A stretch of DNA of 64,000 nt from an uncultured virus (IMG/VR IMGVR_UViG_3300044655_001909) (taxonomy: Duplodnaviria > Heunggongvirae > Uroviricota > Caudoviricetes), in IMG/VR virus record IMGVR_UViG_3300044655_001909. One strand, 5' to 3'. The translations under genes and the position numbers were made by a program. Numbering within the stretch: the stretch's first letter is position 1; each line of letters opens with the position of its first letter. Below are positions 19,554-30,281 of this stretch, in pieces. The notes beneath the pieces were generated by a model. It searched no databases, was not told the origin of the DNA, and saw only the letters and a program-made list of their open reading frames with translations.

Positions 19554-20537
19554 TTATTTTTCAATTTGTTTATATCTCCATATAAAACCTCCTGCAGTTT
19601 TACTTAAATTATTACAACATGCCCATATAGTTTTAATTCCGGTTTCATTTACAGCATCAGTAATTGACTCAAATGTATTTAATTCATTTAGACTTTTATC
19701 AAACTGAATTACTGATCTTTTCTGTCTATCTATTCTTTTTATAGAATCACCACTACTATATTTCCATATAAAACCACCTGCCGTTATACTTATCCCTTTA
19801 CAACAAGAACATATATTTGAAGAAGGTATAGTAGTTTTATTTGATGCTTCTTTAATTGACTCAAATCTATTTAGTTCAATCAGATTACCATCATATTGTA
19901 TTACTGACTTTTTAGCCAACATAATTGTTTCTATTACTAATTCCTTATCATCATCATATTTCCATACAAATCCTCTATGGTGTTTTCTAATACCTTTACA
20001 ACAATTAGAGATTTTACTTCTTGAGAATAATCCATTACTCTCATCAACTGCATCTTTTACACACTTATACCTTTTAATTTCATTATATCGAAGATCATAT
20101 TGTATGATTGGTTTATAACTAGCAACATTACTTGTACCTGTGAGTGTATCTTTAATCTTTTGTTTTGTCTCCTCTTTACAAGGAACTCCTTTATTATGTG
20201 GGATATTTCCTTTTTTCCAGGATCCATTATTACCAAAAGTTGCTCCATCTCCACCAGTAGTATAGTTAAGTAAATTAAATCCAAATGTTTTGTATAGAGA
20301 AATATAAAAACGTTCCCAGTATTGCCAATTATCAATTGGTACTTCATCAAGTATAAGTAACTCTGGTCTTAAACCATCTTTCCTTACATTATTTATCCAA
20401 TTTCGTTTGTGTGTGTCTTTATCTCTTGCAGAATTATTATGAGCTCTATATCTATCATCTGGATTATTTGCTTTACCAATATATCTTACTTGGTTATCTC
20501 TTGGGTCAATTAGAGCATATATATAAACATTTTTCAT
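19554..20537 (-). CDS. Free-standing GIY-YIG homing endonuclease with three NUMOD1 repeats
   Basis: VYIYAL..VRYIGKA..RY..H, WE..YI, LLN; three QYD..F.S..EA..CC.G..GGFIWKY repeats. Confidence 0.85.
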   Translation of the reverse strand: MKNVYIYALIDPRDNQVRYIGKANNPDDRYRAHNNSARDKDTHKRNWINNVRKDGLRPELLILDEVPIDNWQYWERFYISLYKTFGFNLLNYTTGGDGATFGNNGSWKKGNIPHNKGVPCKEETKQKIKDTLTGTSNVASYKPIIQYDLRYNEIKRYKCVKDAVDESNGLFSRSKISNCCKGIRKHHRGFVWKYDDDKELVIETIMLAKKSVIQYDGNLIELNRFESIKEASNKTTIPSSNICSCCKGISITAGGFIWKYSSGDSIKRIDRQKRSVIQFDKSLNELNTFESITDAVNETGIKTIWACCNNLSKTAGGFIWRYKQIEK

Positions 20538-20598
20538 AAGTTATATATTAAAAACACCTGTTCCTCTTTTACCTAAAATGATAATTTTTTCATTTATT

Positions 20599-21084
20599 TT
20601 AAAATCTCTTAATAAAGCGTTGGAACATATTAGGTTCTTTATCTAATTGTTTAATTGTTAAGTTAAACTTACCATCATATAATTTAGTATTTAAAGATGG
20701 TTCAGTTGATTTTGTTCTTACTTTAGTATAAGCACCTATATTTTCATCAGGAACTAACTCTTCATACTCATAAGTAACATCTATGATTTTCCACTTACGT
20801 TTCATATAATCAACAAAGGTTTGTATTTCATTTGAAATATCTGAATACTTAACACCATCTCGACCATATTTATTTTCGTTAGGAACTCTAACTCTTACTT
20901 CTACATATTTATTAGGATCTTTAGAATACTCACTATAAATAACACTAGTTTCTACCGTAAATCCATCATCTAATAAATTTACAAATAAAGTTTCTGCAAA
21001 TTGTTTTATATCATCTTCTTCAATAGATTGTTGTTCCCATCTATCGTGTATATGTATGTCCTCAAATGTTTTAATATATCTCAT
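20599..21084 (-). CDS. LxDDGF-family protein with leader MRYIKTFED
   Basis: FVNLLDDGF; DYMKRKW. Confidence 0.7.
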   Translation of the reverse strand: MRYIKTFEDIHIHDRWEQQSIEEDDIKQFAETLFVNLLDDGFTVETSVIYSEYSKDPNKYVEVRVRVPNENKYGRDGVKYSDISNEIQTFVDYMKRKWKIIDVTYEYEELVPDENIGAYTKVRTKSTEPSLNTKLYDGKFNLTIKQLDKEPNMFQRFIKRF

Positions 21085-21573
21085 TTATTTACGTAATAAT
21101 TTATTTAATAATCCTATTGAATTATCTTTTTTTATACTTATATTAAAACTATTAATTCTATCATCTGACTTAGGTGGATTTTTTGAATTATTATCAGAAA
21201 ATGATGGGCCAAAACTTCTAATATCCATTGGAAAACGATTGAATGGATTTTTCATATTTACTTTGTTTAATTTCTTATAAATATATTTTATAAGTAATTT
21301 ATCACCCCATTTCTTTTTGATATAATCAATTAACATTAGAACTTTATCTTCTATTTGAGAATATGTAAATACCGTATCTTCTGAATCCCATTCTGGTTCA
21401 TCATTATGAATTATAACAAGTAATTTTTCCCAACCTAATGTAGTATCTACAATAAACCCATCATCTTCTAAATCAATAAAAATTCCTTCTATTGAATCGA
21501 TAATTCTTTGTTCATCCTCATCATAGATTACACCAGATGACTCAAATTTCTTAAATGAACTTAGATGTTTCAT
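21085..21573 (-). CDS. LxDDGF-family protein with leader MKHLSSFKKFES
   Basis: FIDLEDDGF; DYIKKKWG. Confidence 0.7.
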   Translation of the reverse strand: MKHLSSFKKFESSGVIYDEDEQRIIDSIEGIFIDLEDDGFIVDTTLGWEKLLVIIHNDEPEWDSEDTVFTYSQIEDKVLMLIDYIKKKWGDKLLIKYIYKKLNKVNMKNPFNRFPMDIRSFGPSFSDNNSKNPPKSDDRINSFNISIKKDNSIGLLNKLLRK

Positions 21574-22061
21574 TATTTCTTAATAGTATTTATTTCATCT
21601 TTAGTGAAGTTATCAAAGTTCATAACTTTTTTCTCACCTTCTTGTCTTTGGAAGTCTTTTCTTTTAGCTAGTGCAGTTTTTAAAGCTTTGATGTCAAGTT
21701 TTTTCTCTCTTGACTTTTTACCGGTTCTAGGACCGTGATCTTTACTCATCACCGGAATTCTTTGCATCATTCTGTCAGCACCACCTGGGTTATAAGGTGC
21801 ATTGATATAACTTTTATCATCTCCACCACCTGACGCCCATTTAGGACCAAGTGGAGTTCTACCTAAATCAACTGGGTTACCAGTCATTCCACCACCTCCA
21901 CCAACAACGGGACCACCGGTTGCTGAAGTATCTTCAAATATTTTATCTTCAATTGATTTAATTGATTCTAAAACTTCAAACCATAATGGCTCTTCAGTCA
22001 TCGATTCTTTAATTAAACGACTTTTAATTTGATATAATTCTATTAAAGATAAATTTTCCAT
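21573..22061 (-). CDS. Hypothetical protein with Gly-rich centre
   Basis: IKES/IFED sites and C-terminal MNFDNF; TATATAG upstream. Confidence 0.65.
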   Translation of the reverse strand: MENLSLIELYQIKSRLIKESMTEEPLWFEVLESIKSIEDKIFEDTSATGGPVVGGGGGMTGNPVDLGRTPLGPKWASGGGDDKSYINAPYNPGGADRMMQRIPVMSKDHGPRTGKKSREKKLDIKALKTALAKRKDFQRQEGEKKVMNFDNFTKDEINTIKK

Positions 22062-22114
22062 AAACTATATATAATTTTTTTCAAATCAAAAGATAACTTT
22101 AGAATATATAGTTT

Positions 22115-22729
22115 ATGAATCGTTTACAATACTTACAAACTAAAAAGTTATTTAAAGAATTAGACTATATAGAATCTGATTTTGAGTATCGAAACGAAAT
22201 AATCAGTGAGGCTGATTCCGAGTTTATTACACAAGTAAACAACTTCTTAGAAGAACATCCACAACTTAAAGAAATATATGATGAAAAGATAGATAATCAT
22301 ATTCAACAAAGTATTCTTAGAAATACTGAAGAAGTTATTGAATTATTTGAAGAAGAAGAACTAGAGATGGAACAAGTGATTACTTATGAAGATCCTAAAC
22401 TACCTAAAGTTAAAAAGCTTTATCGTGAGATTGTTAAACTAACACATCCAGATAAAGTTAGTATGAAAAGTTTAAATGATTTATACTTAATGGCAACAAA
22501 GTATTATGATAACAATGATAAGATTGGTATCTACAAAGTTTGTACTGAATTAGAAATCGACTATGACTTAGATGACGACGACAATCAAATAATTGAATCT
22601 AAGATTGAAGATCTTAAAAGAAGAATACAATTCTTAGAAAGTACATTTACTTGGCAATGGATCAATACTAACGGTGAAAAAGAGAAAACTGAAATGCTTC
22701 TTAATTTTATTAAATTAAGATTACAATAG
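22115..22729 (+). CDS. J-domain-like (DnaJ HPD) co-chaperone
   Basis: VKKLYREIVKLTHPDKV. Confidence 0.7.
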   Translation: MNRLQYLQTKKLFKELDYIESDFEYRNEIISEADSEFITQVNNFLEEHPQLKEIYDEKIDNHIQQSILRNTEEVIELFEEEELEMEQVITYEDPKLPKVKKLYREIVKLTHPDKVSMKSLNDLYLMATKYYDNNDKIGIYKVCTELEIDYDLDDDDNQIIESKIEDLKRRIQFLESTFTWQWINTNGEKEKTEMLLNFIKLRLQ

Positions 22730-23521
22730 TTATTCAAATATATCTTTCAAAACAGACGCTTTTGTTCCTAAATAAGAACTACCTAATGCAAAGTATTCTA
22801 TACCACCAGTAAAAAAACGAGCAGGAGTACCAGATAAATTCCAAGCAAATAAAGTTAGCTCAAAAGAACTTAATGTTGTTGATGAATACGTAGTAGAAGC
22901 AGTTAAAGAACCATTTACATAATAACTATGTGTAAGTCCATTTTTTACATGTAATATGTGTGAGTTATCTGTAAATGTATTTATACTACCACCTCCGGTT
23001 GAAACACATAATTGTGCAGTATCCGCACCAGACAAATCAGCTTTTCTAATAACAAAATTATTTCCAGAACCATTTCTTGTACCAGCAACAACCCCAAATG
23101 ACTCATCATAGGTTTTAAAGAAAACACCCATATCGTTTAATAAAGCATTACTGGCATTTACAGAAGGAATATAATTAGTAGAAAAGTAAGTAGAGTTAGT
23201 AAAACTACCTTTAAATCCTTTATCTGGTTCAAAAACTGGTGCTATTAAAGGATTACTTTGTGTTGCATTATAAACACCTGGATTTACCCAATTTATTTTA
23301 CAAAAGTCTTCTAATCCAGATTGCTGTTTGAAATTATATAATATATCTAATTCCGTAAAAATACCTTCAGACTTCAATTGTTTAATCTTCTTATTATTTA
23401 AGAAATTTTGATTTCTTTTCGGTGTAGTATAACCATTACTTATAGCATATTGTAATATGGCCTCATACTCAGGCTCATAATTAATAATTGCACCAAACTC
23501 GTAATATATATTATTAAACAT
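22730..23521 (-). CDS. Putative virion/fibre-associated protein
   Basis: Follows the fibre gene; resembles the C-terminal domain of 44566..48024 (GYT.P, LK..G, INW.NP). Confidence 0.6.
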   Translation of the reverse strand: MFNNIYYEFGAIINYEPEYEAILQYAISNGYTTPKRNQNFLNNKKIKQLKSEGIFTELDILYNFKQQSGLEDFCKINWVNPGVYNATQSNPLIAPVFEPDKGFKGSFTNSTYFSTNYIPSVNASNALLNDMGVFFKTYDESFGVVAGTRNGSGNNFVIRKADLSGADTAQLCVSTGGGSINTFTDNSHILHVKNGLTHSYYVNGSLTASTTYSSTTLSSFELTLFAWNLSGTPARFFTGGIEYFALGSSYLGTKASVLKDIFE

Positions 23522-23523
23522 AA

Positions 23524-26500
23524 TTAAGCATTATTTATTCTTAAATAATCAGTTGTACCATAACTCAATAAAGTTGCAGTAGAACCAGCTACACCATTTA
23601 ATACTACCGTACCATCAACTTGAACTAATGTTCTACCTGAACCTTGTACAAACGTAACACTTGCCGTACCATGTTTTAAATATGTTGAACTGAAACCTGT
23701 AGCACCATTCACGGTTAAATTGATACTATATGTTCCATTATCTATAATAATACATCTACCTCGTTGGCTTAGTCCATTTATATCTAATGTGTCAGTTGTT
23801 ATATTTGATGATGTTGCTATTACACCTAATGCAAATGATGCAGTCCAAGAAGCAACACCATTAGTATCAGATGTAAGAATATATCCATTTCCTTGTGTTC
23901 CATCTGCTATTACAACTGAGCCTTTTAAATATGTTCTTGTAATATCATCATTACCTAAAGTAACAGAGTTTGAACCATTACCAGTTGCACCATAACCAAT
24001 TACTATTTGATTTGATTGACTAGCAGCTTGTGGTCTTGTATCATAACCTATAAATACAGAATTACTTGAATTAGTAGCACCAGAAGTTGTTCCTGACATA
24101 AAATGACCCGCAAAGTAACCAAGTGCCGTATTATTACCACCAGTTGTATTCAGATATAATGATTCTACTCCAATTGCAGTATTATAAGCACCAGTTGTAT
24201 TTGAATACAATGCGAAATCACCAAGTGCTACATTATTATCACCTATTGTATTTGAAAATAATGAGCCATAACCAATTGCAGTATTATAATCACCGGAATT
24301 TAAGGAACTAACTGATACTGAAAAAGTTACTCCTGTACCTAAATTAGCACCCATAACTGTTGTAGTATCTTTAAATCCACTTCCATTTGTAACTAATGTT
24401 ACTGTACTTACTGTACCACCTGTTCCAACATAAACTGTTACTATTGGGTATGTAGTTGCAGTACTACCTGATATATATGATAACTGAACATTTGAGAATG
24501 TGCTACTCATAGTATATCCTGAGCCACCATTAGTTATATTAATTGTAGAAACCACTGTTGTATTTGAAAATAATGAGCCATAACCAATTGCAGTATTAGC
24601 AACAGCTGCTGTATTATAAACTAGTGATTGTAAGCCAATTGCAGTATTATAAGAACCTATTGTATTTGATAATAATGAATTCCAACCAATTGCAGTATTA
24701 GATTCACCGGTTGTATTTAATTTAAGTGATTGAAATCCAATTGCAGTATTGGCCTCACCAGTTGTATTTGAATACAAGGATTGATAACCAATTGCAGTAT
24801 TATATAATGATGCAGTTGTAGTTAATAATGCTTGATAACCAATTGCAGTATTATTTAATGATGCAGTTCCATTTAATAATGCTTGATAACCATATATAGT
24901 ATTACTTGAACCTCTTGATGTATTATAAACGCTACCATTTTGATCAACTACTAATGAAGTAACTAAACTTACACCAGTAGTTTCTCTTGTTGAAAATTTA
25001 ATTCCACCAATAGAAACTGCATTATTACCAGTTATTGCATATCCAGTTATTAGTGCATATCTATGACCAACACTATAAGGTGATAATGCACCTGGTTGTC
25101 CATTTTGTGAGAATGCTATTTCAGATATAGAATCAAATGTTCCAGTATCACCATTATATAAATCCAACATAACATTACTACCAATTGTAGTTGATGATGT
25201 ACTTGATTGTATAAATAATTTACTACCACTCATAGCAGTTGCACTATTTATATTAACATTACCAGATACACCTATTCTCATTCTTTCTTGTAATTGAGCA
25301 GTTTGTGTGCCATATTCATCTACATAACCTGCTCTAAATACAATATCAGATGCATTATTAGTAAAGTAAATACCTGATCTAACATTACCATGATTTAGTG
25401 ATGCACCTTGAATACCACTAATAAAACTTGCATTAGTACTACCAACTATAAATGTTAGTAAATTAGGATTTGAACTATTTAGACCATAGTTTGCATTACC
25501 CGGTCCAATTATAAAAACACCTTGTACACCACTAGCTGGTGCGGCGGCGGAATTACTATCTCCTAATATTATTTGACCATTATTTAAAACTTTTAATAAT
25601 TGTGTATTTGAACTATTTTCAACTAATAAAGAATTACCCGATACACTTGAAGTTCCTTTTATATGTAATGATGCTGAAGCACCACTTGTTCCTATACTAA
25701 CAACACCACTATTATTAATTTCAAATATACTTTGACTATTACTCCAAGTTGCACCAGTTCCAACAACCTTCATAATACTTGCGGTAGTACCTTTAACAAA
25801 TAATGTACTTTGTTGACTTGCAGGTGAACCATATCCTGCAAAAACATAACTTGATCCAATCCATAAATTTCCTATTGTACCCATTGTATTTTGTACCTCT
25901 ATTGGATTACCCCATAAGTTTGTTATTTGATAACGATTAAATTTCCATCCATAGTTATAATTATAAGTTAACAATCTATCAGCACCAATTACTATTTCTG
26001 CATCATTTGGTGAATATATTGAAGTCTTTGTTCCAAATAAAATTGAACCTGCAGGTATACTAGAGTTACTTGGAAATGTTGTGCCTATTATTTTTGTATC
26101 ACCTCTAAAAACAGAATCTCCACTTTCACTTACATAGAATGATGTAGTACCACCAGAAGATGAAACTACAAATCTACTATCACTGGCAGTTCCTGTTCCT
26201 ATACTAACAGCACCTGTTTTATTTACTGAGAAAGTAGTTACACCATTATTTGCACCAACATAGTTTAATCCGGTTGAAGTACTATTAGAATAAATACCAA
26301 TTCCAGAAGATGTGTTTTCAGATTTGATACCCATACCATCATTACCATTTATTGATTCTAAAGCACTTGAAGAAGGATTAGTATTATAATTTTGTACAAC
26401 AACACTTGTTAAAAATCCAGTATTTGTAAAAGTTTTTATTCCTGATATAGATTCATCACCAGTTTTATGAACTACATTTGAATCCGTTGCATAAATTGAT

Positions 26501-28185
26501 GCGGTCCAAGTAGCAACACCATTTGCATCTGATGTAAGAATATATCCATTTCCTTGTGTTCCATCTTCTAATCTAAAAGCACCGGATTGTGTTGCATAAA
26601 TATGTAATGTTGTAGATGGTGCCGTTAAACCTATACCAACATTACCAGTAGATGTAATTCTCATTTTTTCTGTGTAAGTTAGACCAGTATTAAATGAAGT
26701 ATATCCTGCAGATTCAATACTTAATCCTACTGTGTTAGTAGATTGTATTTGTCCTAATTGAAATGTCTGAGGATTACCCAGAATAAAATTCATTGTTGAT
26801 TGTGATCTAGTCAATGTTAACCATGTATTTCCTCCTGATATAAAAGAAACATATTGAGTTGTTGTTCCATAAAAACCATTTACTCCATTATCACTAAATC
26901 TGCTATTACCCAATGAACTTGTACCTGTAAACTTAGGTATATAACTTGCACTTCCACTAATTCCAACACTTGATAGTGGTGTCCAAGAAGCAACACCATT
27001 TGAATCTGATTTTAGTATATAATCATTTTGTTCGGTTCCATCTTGTAATCTAAATGCACCGGATTGTGTTGCATAAACATGTAACGTAGTAGAAGGAGAT
27101 GCTGTACCAATACCAACATATTTTTTAGTAGTATCTACTAACATGGTTGTTTCTCCAGAACTAATACCATAATTATTATTAGTAAATCTTATTGTACTAC
27201 TTGTACCATATGTAAAAAAATCTAATCCAGTATTCTTTTTAATTCCATTATAACCAACACCATCAAAAATAATAGCATTTGATACCTCTGTAACATTTGT
27301 ATAAAAAAAACTAGTAACTTGTGCATTACCATACACTTTAAGTGCATATGATGTTAGTGCACCACCGATACTTACTCCACCATTCTCACCAACAACTAAA
27401 GAAGTAGTACCACCAGAAGATGAAACAACAAATCTACTATCACTAGCAGTTCCTGTTCCTATATTTAAAGAACCAGTTCTATAAATTGCGGTTGTTGAAT
27501 TAGTTGCAGATACCGTACCACCTATATTATAAAATATATCTTGTAAAGTAGAACCAGTCGCACCTGAAACACCCGGTGATCCTGTCGCACCCTGTGGTCC
27601 AACATCACCTTTTAATGAAATTATATCCCAACAAGCTGTATTAGTATCAGGTGATAATGTTTCTGTACCAACCGTACTAGCTATACAAACATAAGAAGAA
27701 CCATTATAATAAACAGCATCACGAACATCATAAACATTTATTATCCAATCACCTATCCAATTTATTCCAATAGGACCTTGAGGACCTTGAAGACCTTGTG
27801 AACCAGTACCACCTTGTGAACCAGGAGAACCCTGTGCAGCCAATAAAGTCCAGTGTGTAGTATCTAAATCAGGACCAGGATTACTAGGTGATCCATTAAT
27901 TGGAGATATACACCACCAAGAAGCTGAAGCATATCCTACTGCATAGTTTTGGGAATAACTTTGAGTAGCCATCCAATAACCTGACCAAGTTAAACCTGCC
28001 GGACCAACAGGACCTGGAGGACCTTGTGGACCACCGACTCCGGCACCAACTAAGGTAACAACCCCTAAATGATCTTTTTGTTTTAAAGCACCATCTAAAT
28101 CATATGCAACAATATAAGATCCAACCTCTAAAGGTGGATCAATTGCAAACATATCTACTCTATATCCGAAACTAATTAATGCCAT
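23524..28185 (-). CDS. Large mosaic tail-fibre-like protein (1553 aa)
   Basis: Collagen G-x-y runs, VGIGT.SP..TLH repeats, DGTQGNGYILTSD.NGVA.W repeats, 14-aa NTAIG repeats, VVHKTGDE motif; S/T/G rich. Confidence 0.8.
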   Translation of the reverse strand: MALISFGYRVDMFAIDPPLEVGSYIVAYDLDGALKQKDHLGVVTLVGAGVGGPQGPPGPVGPAGLTWSGYWMATQSYSQNYAVGYASASWWCISPINGSPSNPGPDLDTTHWTLLAAQGSPGSQGGTGSQGLQGPQGPIGINWIGDWIINVYDVRDAVYYNGSSYVCIASTVGTETLSPDTNTACWDIISLKGDVGPQGATGSPGVSGATGSTLQDIFYNIGGTVSATNSTTAIYRTGSLNIGTGTASDSRFVVSSSGGTTSLVVGENGGVSIGGALTSYALKVYGNAQVTSFFYTNVTEVSNAIIFDGVGYNGIKKNTGLDFFTYGTSSTIRFTNNNYGISSGETTMLVDTTKKYVGIGTASPSTTLHVYATQSGAFRLQDGTEQNDYILKSDSNGVASWTPLSSVGISGSASYIPKFTGTSSLGNSRFSDNGVNGFYGTTTQYVSFISGGNTWLTLTRSQSTMNFILGNPQTFQLGQIQSTNTVGLSIESAGYTSFNTGLTYTEKMRITSTGNVGIGLTAPSTTLHIYATQSGAFRLEDGTQGNGYILTSDANGVATWTASIYATDSNVVHKTGDESISGIKTFTNTGFLTSVVVQNYNTNPSSSALESINGNDGMGIKSENTSSGIGIYSNSTSTGLNYVGANNGVTTFSVNKTGAVSIGTGTASDSRFVVSSSGGTTSFYVSESGDSVFRGDTKIIGTTFPSNSSIPAGSILFGTKTSIYSPNDAEIVIGADRLLTYNYNYGWKFNRYQITNLWGNPIEVQNTMGTIGNLWIGSSYVFAGYGSPASQQSTLFVKGTTASIMKVVGTGATWSNSQSIFEINNSGVVSIGTSGASASLHIKGTSSVSGNSLLVENSSNTQLLKVLNNGQIILGDSNSAAAPASGVQGVFIIGPGNANYGLNSSNPNLLTFIVGSTNASFISGIQGASLNHGNVRSGIYFTNNASDIVFRAGYVDEYGTQTAQLQERMRIGVSGNVNINSATAMSGSKLFIQSSTSSTTIGSNVMLDLYNGDTGTFDSISEIAFSQNGQPGALSPYSVGHRYALITGYAITGNNAVSIGGIKFSTRETTGVSLVTSLVVDQNGSVYNTSRGSSNTIYGYQALLNGTASLNNTAIGYQALLTTTASLYNTAIGYQSLYSNTTGEANTAIGFQSLKLNTTGESNTAIGWNSLLSNTIGSYNTAIGLQSLVYNTAAVANTAIGYGSLFSNTTVVSTINITNGGSGYTMSSTFSNVQLSYISGSTATTYPIVTVYVGTGGTVSTVTLVTNGSGFKDTTTVMGANLGTGVTFSVSVSSLNSGDYNTAIGYGSLFSNTIGDNNVALGDFALYSNTTGAYNTAIGVESLYLNTTGGNNTALGYFAGHFMSGTTSGATNSSNSVFIGYDTRPQAASQSNQIVIGYGATGNGSNSVTLGNDDITRTYLKGSVVIADGTQGNGYILTSDTNGVASWTASFALGVIATSSNITTDTLDINGLSQRGRCIIIDNGTYSINLTVNGATGFSSTYLKHGTASVTFVQGSGRTLVQVDGTVVLNGVAGSTATLLSYGTTDYLRINNA
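24120..24900 (-). repeat. Array of 42-nt (14-aa NTAIGxxSL) repeats within the fibre gene
   Basis: Recurring CCAATTGCAGTATT at ~42-nt spacing, interrupted by one inserted domain. Confidence 0.85.
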
Positions 28186-28186
28186 A

Positions 28187-28822
28187 TTATAATATATTTA
28201 CTTTTATGTTTCTTTCCGCTAAGAAATCTTGTAACTCTTCTTTTCTAAAAACTCTTTTATAAATGTCGTTTTCTTTTTCAACATTTTGTAATACCCACTC
28301 ATTTCCATTCGCAGTAACATAGATAAAATTTTCATCACCATCTATTAACTCAATAGTTCTTGAAGATAATTTATCATAAAACTTCTTAACGTCATCATTC
28401 ACTTTATATAATTTTACGTCATCCCACTTCTCTAAAGTTTCTTGCCAAGATTGGAACAATAAATATTCTGGGTTTTCTAATTCATTTCTATTAATACCAT
28501 AAATAAACATAAACTTACAAGGTTTATTTATGAAGGTGGAGTAGTCATCCGAATATTGTAGAACTGACTTCTTCAATGCAATTGAAGATAAAGAGTTAAT
28601 AAACTCAACGTGATCTTCCAAAAAGTCTAAATCTAATTTATCTTTATATTCTTCTACTGGTAAATTAAAAGTTTCATATATATCAACTTCTTCAGCAGCA
28701 ATTGAACTAAGAAGTGCATCATGCCAAATTGTTAATGATTCTAATAGTTCAACCATATTTTGAAACATTAAATCTACCATAATAGATTCTTTGTATGTTG
28801 TGTATTTTTTTAAGTATTTCAT
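28187..28822 (-). CDS. Protein with leader MKYLKKYTTYKES
   Basis: Leader motif; shares a (TA)n box with the divergent gene. Confidence 0.7.
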   Translation of the reverse strand: MKYLKKYTTYKESIMVDLMFQNMVELLESLTIWHDALLSSIAAEEVDIYETFNLPVEEYKDKLDLDFLEDHVEFINSLSSIALKKSVLQYSDDYSTFINKPCKFMFIYGINRNELENPEYLLFQSWQETLEKWDDVKLYKVNDDVKKFYDKLSSRTIELIDGDENFIYVTANGNEWVLQNVEKENDIYKRVFRKEELQDFLAERNIKVNIL

Positions 28823-28879
28823 AAAATTATTTTTGAATAATAAATTTTAATATATATATAAAAAAATTAACACGAATAA

Positions 28880-30253
28880 ATGAAGTGGTTAAGAAATTTT
28901 GAATTATTTAAAGAAGCTAAGACATATTCTAACAAAAACCTTATCACAGAAATCTGTGTTAGTATGGTACTTATAAACAATGAGTTCTTAGATTCAATTT
29001 TAGATAGAGGTTTAAAAGCTAGATACTCAGAAAACTCAAGTATATTTTTAACAGATTTAAAAAATTTGTTATTGGCTAAAAACAGATTACAATTAGGAAA
29101 ATTTGTTGAAGGAAAATGTGTAGAAGATGACGAAACATCGAAAATAAACGGCTTATTTGATGAAGTTGAGTTCGACATCGAAAAAGATTGGAACGTTCTT
29201 GTAAACGCACGTATTACAGCGAGGAACATCATTGACAAACTTTTACCTGATACAAAATTAGTTTCAGAAGAAATTAAAACAATTTTTTGGTTAGGACCGA
29301 ATAAAGATGATGACCACGAGGAAGATCTTATTATTGAATTAGATAATGGTAATCAATACTCTTTCTTTTTAAATAAAAACTTATCCTCTCAAAAAACTGC
29401 TTCGTTCAATACATTTGCAGAAGAATTGATTGGACAAGATTTAGATTTATTATTCAAACAAGAATACTTACCTAAATGGGATAAATTAACTCAAGAATGG
29501 GTTAGAATTTTATATGAGAATGCAAATAAAAACATTCAATTACACATTGAAAAGTTTATTGATTCTAAAAGAATTGAAAGTTTAGGTTACTTTGAGTATT
29601 TTGATTTAAGACACTCAGATCATAAATACAAACACTTAGGTGAGTTTATTAAAGATTTCAATAAAAACATTCTTAAATTCCCTGATTTAATGAGTGAGAT
29701 ATGGAAAAATAGAGAAAATTGTTTTATGGATCCGGAAAGAGTCTACCAGGAATGGATGGAGACTAAGATTGTTATTTTAAACTCTAAGATTTTAGAAAAC
29801 TTATTTACAACATCATTAAAATCTAATTTTGTAGATGACATTAAAAAGTTAGATGACGGATTCAAATCAGCTGAAGGTGCAGTTAAAATGAAATTATTTA
29901 AAGTACTTATTGATAAGATGGGTTGTACTGAAAGACCAGTTTATTATTTAAGTGGTAATGGTAATATATTCAACTATTTACCAGAGAGAGATTTCTTCCG
30001 TACAAATTATGATGATTTAAAGATTAAGTTTGATTATCACGTAAACTTTACGGTTAGTGAAGAAGAAGAGAATAATGATTTTAAAGTTAAAATGATTTTA
30101 GGATTAGATGATAAAAAATTATTAGAGATGACAATCGTAGTTAAGTTTAGTCACGAGATGTCGGGTAGATTAACTGCTAAATATAAGTTTGATCTATCAA
30201 GTAGATTTAACTATATGATTTCAACAAAGAAAACAGAAGGATTAGAAGATTAA
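28880..30253 (+). CDS. Protein with leader MKWLRNFELFKEA
   Basis: 457-aa ORF; AATATATA upstream. Confidence 0.7.
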   Translation: MKWLRNFELFKEAKTYSNKNLITEICVSMVLINNEFLDSILDRGLKARYSENSSIFLTDLKNLLLAKNRLQLGKFVEGKCVEDDETSKINGLFDEVEFDIEKDWNVLVNARITARNIIDKLLPDTKLVSEEIKTIFWLGPNKDDDHEEDLIIELDNGNQYSFFLNKNLSSQKTASFNTFAEELIGQDLDLLFKQEYLPKWDKLTQEWVRILYENANKNIQLHIEKFIDSKRIESLGYFEYFDLRHSDHKYKHLGEFIKDFNKNILKFPDLMSEIWKNRENCFMDPERVYQEWMETKIVILNSKILENLFTTSLKSNFVDDIKKLDDGFKSAEGAVKMKLFKVLIDKMGCTERPVYYLSGNGNIFNYLPERDFFRTNYDDLKIKFDYHVNFTVSEEEENNDFKVKMILGLDDKKLLEMTIVVKFSHEMSGRLTAKYKFDLSSRFNYMISTKKTEGLED

Positions 30254-30281
30254 AAAAAAGAGAACATTAGTTCTCTTTTTT
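30253..30281. terminator. Bidirectional terminator, AGAGAAC/GTTCTCT variant
   Basis: A-run AGAGAAC ATTA GTTCTCT T-run. Confidence 0.8.

Noticed and set aside
24120..24900. CRISPR-like array (CCAATTGCAGTATT recurring every ~42 nt)
   Set aside because: Repeats are in frame within the fibre gene and encode 14-aa NTAIG units; the spacers are themselves similar; no cas genes
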